Virus record (IMG/VR): IMGVR_UViG_3300044911_002339
Coordinates: 1-29,827 of that record
DNA: 29,827 bases
Reading direction: 5' to 3' (one strand)
Source of the DNA: a virus
Lineage: Duplodnaviria > Caudoviricetes
Each line of letters begins with the position of its first letter. Positions within the stretch are counted from its first letter, which is position 1. This document shows positions 1 through 6,132 of this stretch, piece after piece. The notes beneath the pieces were generated by a model. The model searched no databases. It was given only the letters and a program-made list of their open reading frames with translations, and was not told the DNA's origin. A program made the translations under genes and the position numbers.

Positions 1-40
1 CTTTTTTATATGTCCGTTGGTTGTTCATCATCTTACATTA

Positions 41-71
41 CAAATATAACACATTTTTTGTTAAGATCAAA
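41..71 (-). promoter_or_regulatory. Bacteroidota-type housekeeping (early) promoter, leftward
   Basis: Minus strand TTTG-N19-TATATTTG matches the -33/-7 consensus TTTG-N19-21-TAnnTTTG. Confidence 0.8.
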
Positions 72-77
72 GCACTT

Positions 78-110
78 TTTGAAATAATTTTGAAAATTTG
101 TTTATATTTG
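78..110 (+). promoter_or_regulatory. Possible rightward Bacteroidota-type promoter facing the 136-166 promoter
   Basis: TTTG(78-81)-N21-TATATTTG(103-110); no credible + strand gene follows. Confidence 0.4.
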
Positions 111-135
111 TGTTGGTTGTCATCATTTTATACTA

Positions 136-166
136 CAAATATAAGACATTTTTTTGTAAGATCAAA
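136..166 (-). promoter_or_regulatory. Bacteroidota-type housekeeping (early) promoter, leftward, second copy
   Basis: Minus strand TTTG-N19-TATATTTG. Confidence 0.8.
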
Positions 167-195
167 GCATTATTTCAAAAAAAGTAAAAAAAATG

Positions 196-297
196 TAACT
201 CATTGGTTTGTAAGGAGTTAAGTTTAATTGATATAAGTGTATAAAAATCAAGGACTTACATCAAAAATGACATAAATCCTTGAAAAATATAGACTTA
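196..297. repeat. Array of three 25-bp imperfect palindromes TAAnT-N15-AnTTA, period 38-39 bp
   Basis: 196-220 TAACTCATTGGTTTGTAAGGAGTTA; 234-258 TAAGTGTATAAAAATCAAGGACTTA; 273-297 TAAATCCTTGAAAAATATAGACTTA. Confidence 0.75.
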
Positions 298-308
298 ACC
301 TATTTTGG

Positions 309-752
309 TTATAGTCCGTTCACAATAACATCAGGACGCTTGATAATTTCAACATTCCCCATGTCATCGTTGAACAAAACATTTTCTTTATCCCAAGAAA
401 CTATTTGATCTGGCACTAAACAAGCGTATCTTTGAAAATATGAACCATAATCATCAAACATTTTTTCAATATCCTCAAAATAAATTGATTCATCAAAAAT
501 AGGAATTTCACCTATAAGTGTTTTTGTATCAGAATCTACCCACAAATCATGCTCGTATTGGGCAAACTTTGTTAGACATTGACTTTTCGATTCATCATCT
601 GGATTATTTTCCATTATCCATTCAAAAATTACTTCTCTTTTATTTTCAAAAGAAATGTAATGTTCTTTTAATTCTTCAAGATTTGCAGATTTTTTTGCCA
701 ATTCAAAAATTGAACCAAATTCTTCTAACATTTTTTCAAAATTACTGTTCAT
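309..752 (-). CDS. Hypothetical acidic protein
   Basis: ORF 309-767; ATG at 752 (MNSNFEK) overlaps the end of the upstream gene, consistent with translational coupling; no recognisable motif. Confidence 0.75.
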   Translation of the reverse strand: MNSNFEKMLEEFGSIFELAKKSANLEELKEHYISFENKREVIFEWIMENNPDDESKSQCLTKFAQYEHDLWVDSDTKTLIGEIPIFDESIYFEDIEKMFDDYGSYFQRYACLVPDQIVSWDKENVLFNDDMGNVEIIKRPDVIVNGL

Positions 753-948
753 TGATATAGTCCACAATTTTTGATTCAGAAATAGTTTTTACTTCAAATG
801 GTTCGGTGCTGTCTTTTAGATACTTATTCACTTGAACTTCTGCATCTGTGACTGAAACCGCATCAACCATATAAGTGCGGTTATGTCTTTTGACTTTACC
901 TTGTTCGTTTGTAATTTCAAACTGAACTTTTGCGAGGTAGAACGCCAT
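742..948 (-). CDS. DUF4494-like small protein
   Basis: MAFYLAKVQFE...GKVKR...YMVDAVSVTDAE...FEVKTISESKIVDY resembles Bacteroidota DUF4494; AAGGA SD before ATG at 948. Confidence 0.75.
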   Translation of the reverse strand: MAFYLAKVQFEITNEQGKVKRHNRTYMVDAVSVTDAEVQVNKYLKDSTEPFEVKTISESKIVDYINEQ

Positions 949-957
949 AACAATTCC

Positions 958-989
958 TTTGGAAATGTGAGTTAAAATGTTTATATTTG
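958..989 (+). promoter_or_regulatory. Bacteroidota-type promoter for the 1074 gene
   Basis: TTTG(958-961)-N20-TATATTTG(982-989). Confidence 0.6.
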
Positions 990-992
990 ATA

Positions 993-1024
993 CTAACATA
1001 ATGAATTGTTGCGAAACAAGCAAG
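993..1024 (-). promoter_or_regulatory. Variant Bacteroidota-type promoter for the leftward genes
   Basis: Minus strand CTTG-N20-TATGTTAG; same TGCTTGCTT upstream context as the 1883 promoter. Confidence 0.5.
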
Positions 1025-1073
1025 CACTTTTTGAAATTTTTTTTACTAATTATTATTTTCATTAGGGAAAACG

Positions 1074-1730
1074 ATGAAACGAATTATTGTATTATTACTA
1101 TTAGTAGTGTCACCGATGCTTTGGGGGAAAGAATGGGTGATTAAGTTGGCAGTCAAGGATGTTCAGGTATTCTCATCAGATACACTACGCCATCCAAGTT
1201 GGTATTCTGTAAAGTATAAATTGAGAAACATGGTTAATCTTTCATTCTTCACTACAAAGACGGTTGTTCCACCATTTAAGAATCACGATAAGATTTATCC
1301 TAATAATCCACATAACTGGCCATTTGTTTCCATTGATGATCCACACGAATGGGGTGTACCGAATCTAACACCACACTTACACTTCAGCGGTCAAAGTGAG
1401 GTGCCAGCGATATGGTCAAAATACATCTTTGCGGGAACGCCATTACTTCTTAAAGACAGTATACCACAAAAGATATATCGGAACTCATTTACAACAGCCA
1501 GAAGGCCGAGAACGGTGTTTGGCAGTCATCATAAGGATAGTGTATTTATCTACATCAGTGACGGCATTCGAGTGGTAGATTTACCAAAAAGATTATTGGA
1601 ATTGGGTTGCCGTGATGCAATCAACATGGATGGTGGTGGTTCAACATTTTTATATCGTGGAAACAAATATGACTATGTACAAACGCCAATTAAAAAAATG
1701 AGGAAATATCCAAATGTTCTTGCTTGGTAG
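1074..1730 (+). CDS. Secreted phosphodiester glycosidase (NAGPA-family) protein
   Basis: Signal peptide MKRIIVLLLLVVSPMLWG; motifs VNLSFF, RRPRTVFG, LGCRDAINMDGGGST. Confidence 0.85.
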   Translation: MKRIIVLLLLVVSPMLWGKEWVIKLAVKDVQVFSSDTLRHPSWYSVKYKLRNMVNLSFFTTKTVVPPFKNHDKIYPNNPHNWPFVSIDDPHEWGVPNLTPHLHFSGQSEVPAIWSKYIFAGTPLLLKDSIPQKIYRNSFTTARRPRTVFGSHHKDSVFIYISDGIRVVDLPKRLLELGCRDAINMDGGGSTFLYRGNKYDYVQTPIKKMRKYPNVLAW

Positions 1731-1740
1731 CAATTATTGC

Positions 1741-1772
1741 TTTGATCATATAGGTAAAATTGTTTATCTTGC
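1741..1772 (+). promoter_or_regulatory. Bacteroidota-type promoter firing into the iteron/AGATCT region
   Basis: TTTG(1741-1744)-N20-TATCTTGC; GCTTTGATC context identical to the duplicated promoters at 16-169. Confidence 0.55.
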
Positions 1773-1774
1773 TA

Positions 1775-1806
1775 GTGAACACGGAGAAAGTGTGAACACA
1801 GAGAAA
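1775..1806 (+). repeat. Two 15-bp direct repeats (iteron-like)
   Basis: GTGAACACGGAGAAA (1775-1789) and GTGAACACAGAGAAA (1792-1806). Confidence 0.85.
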
Positions 1807-1812
1807 ATGCTA

Positions 1813-1880
1813 AGATCTAGATCTAATATAGATCTAATATAATATAGATCTATAGATCTAATAGATAATAGAATAAAAAA
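1813..1880. repeat. AT-rich tract with five AGATCT units (candidate unwinding element)
   Basis: AGATCT at 1813, 1819, 1830, 1846, 1854 separated only by A/T. Confidence 0.85.
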
Positions 1881-1882
1881 TG

Positions 1883-1914
1883 CTTGCTTTATATTTATAT
1901 TTTCTGTATCTTTG
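1883..1914 (+). promoter_or_regulatory. Bacteroidota-type promoter for the transglycosylase gene, with an embedded TATTTATA motif (1892-1899)
   Basis: CTTG-N20-TATCTTTG. Confidence 0.7.
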
Positions 1915-1931
1915 AATGATACTAAAATTTC

Positions 1932-1992
1932 GTTCTTTGAAAACATGGTCGGTATGTGTTTCAACCATATTGTTGGCAACAACAGAATGGTT
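1932..1992 (+). promoter_or_regulatory. boxA-like site plus GNRA hairpin in the 5' leader
   Basis: GTTCTTTGAAAAC (1932-1944) resembles rrn boxA; hairpin AACCAT-AT-TGTTG-GCAA-CAACA-GA-ATGGTT (1963-1992). Confidence 0.5.
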
Positions 1993-2027
1993 CGTTAAAT
2001 ATATTATCCAATAATGAGGAAAGGAAT

Positions 2028-2534
2028 ATGACTAACAAATGTAAACGGGTTATAGCATTATTCTTAATTGGCTTCTGTTTTCCATTAGTAGCAATGACTA
2101 CCACAGTTAATAGAAGTGCTGAAATTAAATCATCAACAATGAAGAATGTGTTATATTCATCTATCGTTTGGGTTGAGTCTAAAGGCAATGCAACCGCACG
2201 ATCAAAGGATGGTTCACTTGGAATAGCTCAAATTTTACCGGTAATGGTGAAGGAAGTGAACCGAATCTGTAAAATGAAAGGAATCAATAAAACTTTTACT
2301 TTACAAGATAGGCTAAATCCTGAAAAGTCTGAACAAATGTTTTGGATTTTTCAGAATTTTTACAATCCCAACATTAACTGGGAAACCATCACAATGAGTG
2401 ATATGGAAATCATTGCACGGAAGTGGAATGGCGGTCCTAACGGACACAAAAAGGGTGCTACTAAGCACTATTGGAATAAAGTTTCAAAAATGGTCTACAA
2501 AGACCTTAAATCAAGGGGATTTATCACTGGTTAA
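2028..2534 (+). CDS. Lytic transglycosylase (SLT/lysozyme-like) with N-terminal hydrophobic signal or anchor
   Basis: IVWVESKGN (catalytic Glu), SLGIAQI, ARKWNGGPNG, YWNKV; start chosen after GAGGAAAGGA SD. Confidence 0.85.
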   Translation: MTNKCKRVIALFLIGFCFPLVAMTTTVNRSAEIKSSTMKNVLYSSIVWVESKGNATARSKDGSLGIAQILPVMVKEVNRICKMKGINKTFTLQDRLNPEKSEQMFWIFQNFYNPNINWETITMSDMEIIARKWNGGPNGHKKGATKHYWNKVSKMVYKDLKSRGFITG

Positions 2535-2558
2535 TATCAGTTGATATACGAGAGATTT

Positions 2559-2595
2559 TTGTCTCAAATGTTTACTAAATTTGAGACAATTTTTT
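2559..2595 (+). terminator. Intrinsic terminator after the transglycosylase gene
   Basis: 11-bp stem TTGTCTCAAAT/ATTTGAGACAA followed by T6. Confidence 0.6.
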
Positions 2596-2666
2596 ACATA
2601 CCGACCATTTTTCTCTCGTAACATATCTATTTATCTGAAATGAAGTTTACAATTTTGGAGAATTAG

Positions 2667-2918
2667 GTGGAAATAGTATCATCATTCGTATTAGGGTTTG
2701 TTGCTATGTGGGTTGCATTGAGATTTGGAATAATGAAACCAACTCATATTGAAAATAAACAAACAATGATTGAAATGGCAAACACATACGGAAATAATCA
2801 AAAAATCTGCAAAGAACTGAAAGATTATTCTATGAAACAAATAAAACATGGTAATTACGAGTTTATAGAAGTCATAGACACAATAAAAAGGCAAAGTAAT
2901 GACAAAACAAGAACATAA
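2667..2918 (+). CDS. Small membrane-anchored hypothetical protein
   Basis: GTG start after GGAG; N-terminal hydrophobic segment; overlaps the next gene. Confidence 0.7.
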   Translation: MEIVSSFVLGFVAMWVALRFGIMKPTHIENKQTMIEMANTYGNNQKICKELKDYSMKQIKHGNYEFIEVIDTIKRQSNDKTRT

Positions 2919-3375
2919 ATTAAAATCCATGCTGAATTACTATGAAGTAGATTTGCGTGGAAATAAAGATGAAAAGATGACTAAAAAGGCATTGAATAGA
3001 TTTTTAGACAACTTTAATCAGATTTATGATTTCTATACATTACAAGATATAATGAAAAAAATAAAAGATAAGAAAAAAGAAGAATTAGGGGATGATGAAG
3101 AAAAAGATGATTTTATGATGCCAAGAAAAGATGATGATGAAGGTGATGATGATACATTTGAAAATGAAATGATGAAGAATCCAGAAGATTTTTTTGCTAA
3201 AAAAGATTCTCTTGATAAAGGTAAAAACTTTAATGATCCAATAGATACTGATATAAACAAATTTCTGAAATGGCTTACACTGATACTATATTCAGGTGAC
3301 CATTCGGTAATAATAACAGAAGATAAAACAGGAATCAATATAAAATTGATAAAAATAAACAAAGGTAAAAAATAA
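2899..3375 (+). CDS. Hypothetical protein with acidic central linker
   Basis: 158-aa ORF tightly packed between neighbours; DDEEKDD/DDDEGDDD tract. Confidence 0.75.
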   Translation: MTKQEHKLKSMLNYYEVDLRGNKDEKMTKKALNRFLDNFNQIYDFYTLQDIMKKIKDKKKEELGDDEEKDDFMMPRKDDDEGDDDTFENEMMKNPEDFFAKKDSLDKGKNFNDPIDTDINKFLKWLTLILYSGDHSVIITEDKTGINIKLIKINKGKK

Positions 3376-3378
3376 GTT

Positions 3379-3990
3379 ATGCTTTCAAGTGATTTAAGAG
3401 ATGCAGTAAGATTAGTTTCGGTTACAAACGCAAGAGTAAGTAATCCAAGTAATCAGATGAACATGGAGACTGCTCCAAAATTGATAAACTATTTAATTAA
3501 ACACAAACATTGGTCTCCATTTGAATTCGTAGATATGACAGTTGATATTGTTACGCGTAGAAGTATTGCGGCTCAAATTCTTCGTCATAAATCTTTTTCT
3601 TTCCAAGAATTTTCACAACGATATTCAACTGCAACGGAAATACAAAAAATAGAATTGAGAAGACAAGGGAAAACAAATAGACAAAGTTCAGAAGAATTAG
3701 TTCCAGATTTCACATTAGATCGTGATATTGAACAACATATTGCAAATTCAAAAATGTTATACGATAAATTGATTAAACAAGGAATATCAAGAGAAACAGC
3801 TCGTGATGTTCTTCCATTATCAACAGAAACAACTATGTATATGAAAGGTTCTGTTCGTAGTTGGATTCATTATTTGGATCTTCGTTGTTCGCCTGATACA
3901 CAAAAGGAACATCGTTTGATTGCAGATGGTATAAAATCAATTTTTGTAAATAATTTTCCGAACATTTCGGAAGCATTAAATTGGAAATAA
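3379..3990 (+). CDS. thyX: FAD-dependent thymidylate synthase
   Basis: ARVSNP, HWSPFE, ThyX motif RHKSFSFQEFSQRY, ARDVLP, RSWIHYLDLR, TQKEHR. Confidence 0.95.
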   Translation: MLSSDLRDAVRLVSVTNARVSNPSNQMNMETAPKLINYLIKHKHWSPFEFVDMTVDIVTRRSIAAQILRHKSFSFQEFSQRYSTATEIQKIELRRQGKTNRQSSEELVPDFTLDRDIEQHIANSKMLYDKLIKQGISRETARDVLPLSTETTMYMKGSVRSWIHYLDLRCSPDTQKEHRLIADGIKSIFVNNFPNISEALNWK

Positions 3991-4003
3991 TTTAGGAAAA
4001 AAA

Positions 4004-4537
4004 ATGATAGAAGAATACCAATTAAAAAACATTCTTGCAAAAGAAATAATTTATTGTGGAATAGGACAATACGAAAGTGTTTTACACTTTGGTGCCTGTG
4101 ATAAAGATTTGTTTTTACTTGAAACTCTTGATGAATATGAATTAGATGTCCAATACACAGCAGTTGATACGAAAGAAGAAATTGAAACTATTTTTAGTAG
4201 GTTTCAACCAATGGAGAGAACTCTTTCTTGGATTTCTGTAAATGAGTCTATGCAAGAGCACATTGATAATATAACAGATGAAAAATACAACTGGACAATA
4301 CTAACTGGTGTTTTTGATAAACCAATTTACAGTGAAAGACAATATCAATTTATTGATACCACCATCCGTTCGTGTATGGATTTTTCCGATAATGTTGCAT
4401 TTACAATATCGGAACAACCAACACCTGTTTACAAATATAGTATGGTTTATCTTTTTCAACATTTTACACAGTTATACAACACGGTGACAATAAAAAAAAT
4501 CTATGAAGGTAGATATATTTTTTCAATAACCAAATAA
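4004..4537 (+). CDS. Class I SAM-dependent methyltransferase-like protein (degenerate motif I)
   Basis: SVLHFGAC, YTAVD, YNWTILTGVF follow the Rossmann MTase motif order. Confidence 0.55.
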   Translation: MIEEYQLKNILAKEIIYCGIGQYESVLHFGACDKDLFLLETLDEYELDVQYTAVDTKEEIETIFSRFQPMERTLSWISVNESMQEHIDNITDEKYNWTILTGVFDKPIYSERQYQFIDTTIRSCMDFSDNVAFTISEQPTPVYKYSMVYLFQHFTQLYNTVTIKKIYEGRYIFSITK

Positions 4538-4550
4538 AAAGGAGAAGGTT

Positions 4551-4832
4551 ATGTTAGAACAAATTTTTGCAATACTATTACAATCTGTATTGCCGTTTTT
4601 AATTGGAGGCGGTGGAGTTTGGCTATATTATCGTAATAAATTTACGGAAGTATTAACCGAATTGGAAGATAAAAAAGTTATTATCAAAACTATCCATCAA
4701 CACTCCGATGAAATTGAAAGATCAAATGTTAAGAAAATGGCAAAAGAGCATAATGCTAAAGTTGCTAAAGCCGTAAAAAATCAAAAGCCGGTAGAGAAAC
4801 CAAAAAGAAAGTATAAAAAACAAGGTGTTTAA
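4551..4832 (+). CDS. Single-TM membrane protein with basic C-terminal tail
   Basis: AGGAG SD; FLIGGGGVWLYY hydrophobic segment; KPKRKYKK tail. Confidence 0.75.
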   Translation: MLEQIFAILLQSVLPFLIGGGGVWLYYRNKFTEVLTELEDKKVIIKTIHQHSDEIERSNVKKMAKEHNAKVAKAVKNQKPVEKPKRKYKKQGV

Positions 4833-4845
4833 TCTCTCTTTAACA

Positions 4846-4853
4846 TATTTATA
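4846..4853 (+). promoter_or_regulatory. Candidate late promoter TATTTATA
   Basis: Intergenic; TATTTAT recurs at 1892, 2628, 7806, 7820, 10703, 29792. Confidence 0.55.
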
Positions 4854-4889
4854 CTGAGAATATCTATAAATTAAAAATAGGAGAATTTA

Positions 4890-5510
4890 ATGGCAGTTGT
4901 TCAAATCGGGTCACAATTTTGGACAAAAAAAAATTTGGCAGTTGAATCATTCCAAGATGGAACCCCAATAACTGAATGTTCTAGCTCTGAACAATGGGCT
5001 GAACTTGCATCTACAAATACGCCTGCTTGGTGTTATTACAATTTTGATCCTTCAAATGAAGAAGAATATGGTAAATTGTATAACTATTATGTAATTTCTT
5101 CATCAAAACAAATATCACCATTAGGATTTAGAGTGCCAAGTTTAGGAGAATATAACGAACTTGCATCTGCTTTTGGTGGAAATTCTCTTGCCGGAAGAAA
5201 ATTAAAAAACACTACTAATTGGAATACAATTCGTAGACAATCCGGAAATGGTGATAATCAATCCGGATTTACAGGTAATCCCAGTGGATATGTCAAAGAA
5301 AATGGCGAATTTTGGGATTTCGGTTGGAGTTCAAACTATTGGACATCTGATTCAGGATCTATAGACGCAACATCAGTTAGATTATATTGGTCTAATACAA
5401 ATGTTGTTTCTATTCCTGCAAATATGGACATGGGTCTTGCTATTAGATTGATATTTGGATCAGGTTCGTATACTGGAAGTTTAGACTTTGATCCATCACA
5501 AGATTTTTAA
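4890..5510 (+). CDS. FISUMP (Fib_succ_major) domain protein, C-type-lectin-like fold
   Basis: VQIGSQFWTKKNL, PAWCYY, YGKLYNYY, PLGFRVPS, GFTGNPSG, YWTS, GLAIRL. Confidence 0.9.
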   Translation: MAVVQIGSQFWTKKNLAVESFQDGTPITECSSSEQWAELASTNTPAWCYYNFDPSNEEEYGKLYNYYVISSSKQISPLGFRVPSLGEYNELASAFGGNSLAGRKLKNTTNWNTIRRQSGNGDNQSGFTGNPSGYVKENGEFWDFGWSSNYWTSDSGSIDATSVRLYWSNTNVVSIPANMDMGLAIRLIFGSGSYTGSLDFDPSQDF

Positions 5511-5522
5511 TTTGGAGTTTTT

Positions 5523-6053
5523 ATGAAAAAGTTTTTATTGTTAGTAATTGCAAGTTTATCTATGATTGTAATTGGATGTAATGAAAATCCACTACCAACA
5601 TCAGATACAACTATTTTTGAAAAAAGAACACCCGTTCAAAAAGATACGGTTAAAAGACGTATTCCTATTGAACAAGTATTGCCATGTTTAGGATTAACAA
5701 GACAACAAGATAGTGTAATACGATTGATTTTGAGAGAAGAAAAACAATGTATTATTGAATGTAAAAAAGAATTTCAAGAATCAATTAAAATACTTCGTGA
5801 AGAATATCAATCAAAATTACAAAAATATCGCCGTGTTGAAAAAACAGATGAAATAAGAAAAGAAATAGAAATACTTACTTTTGAATTTCGTCAAACACAA
5901 AGAGACTTAGAAAAAGAATATAGAGAAAAAATGGCAGTATGTAATAAAAATCTAAATACTGATATTGAAGCTCTTTTGAGAAAAGACCAACTTACACTTT
6001 GGAATCTTTGGAAGGCAACTGGTAAAGTTCCATGTGATAGAGTTAAACCTTAA
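5523..6053 (+). CDS. Lipoprotein with Spy/CpxP-like helical LTxxQ architecture
   Basis: Lipobox IVIG-C19; LGLTRQQ and LLRKDQ flank a charged coiled coil. Confidence 0.65.
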   Translation: MKKFLLLVIASLSMIVIGCNENPLPTSDTTIFEKRTPVQKDTVKRRIPIEQVLPCLGLTRQQDSVIRLILREEKQCIIECKKEFQESIKILREEYQSKLQKYRRVEKTDEIRKEIEILTFEFRQTQRDLEKEYREKMAVCNKNLNTDIEALLRKDQLTLWNLWKATGKVPCDRVKP

Positions 6054-6088
6054 TCCATGTTCGGAATGGAAAGGGTAAACCCCTAATG

Positions 6089-6115
6089 ACCCCTACAATT
6101 TGTAGGGGTTTTTTT
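6089..6115 (+). terminator. Intrinsic terminator
   Basis: ACCCCTACA-ATT-TGTAGGGGT followed by a T run. Confidence 0.85.
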
Positions 6116-6132
6116 ATACAAAAGGTTGTGTT

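Larger units (their letters stand above)
16..169 (-). repeat. Tandem duplication of a ~58-bp promoter cassette (16-74 and 112-169)
   Basis: gttggttgttcatcatcttacattacaaatataacacattttttgttaagatcaaagca vs gttggttgtcatcattttatactacaaatataagacatttttttgtaagatcaaagca. Confidence 0.9.

Noticed and set aside
21-221. 66-aa + strand ORF
   Set aside because: Runs through duplicated promoter repeats, has no ATG or SD, and its internal repeat simply mirrors the DNA duplication
196-297. Possible mini-CRISPR array
   Set aside because: Units are too divergent, spacers are only 13-14 bp, and no cas gene is present
949-1062. N-terminal extension of the 106-aa ORF
   Set aside because: Overlaps promoter elements; the SD and the family-like N-terminus point to ATG at 948
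1764-2027. ORF 1764-1982 (-) and the upstream extension of the SLT ORF from 1956
   Set aside because: They cross repeats, a promoter and leader hairpins; the strong SD supports a start at 2028
4551-4832. Holin assignment
   Set aside because: One TM and a basic tail are compatible but not diagnostic, and the gene is not adjacent to the muramidase
4890-5510. Diversity-generating retroelement
   Set aside because: No reverse transcriptase or template repeat seen in this window
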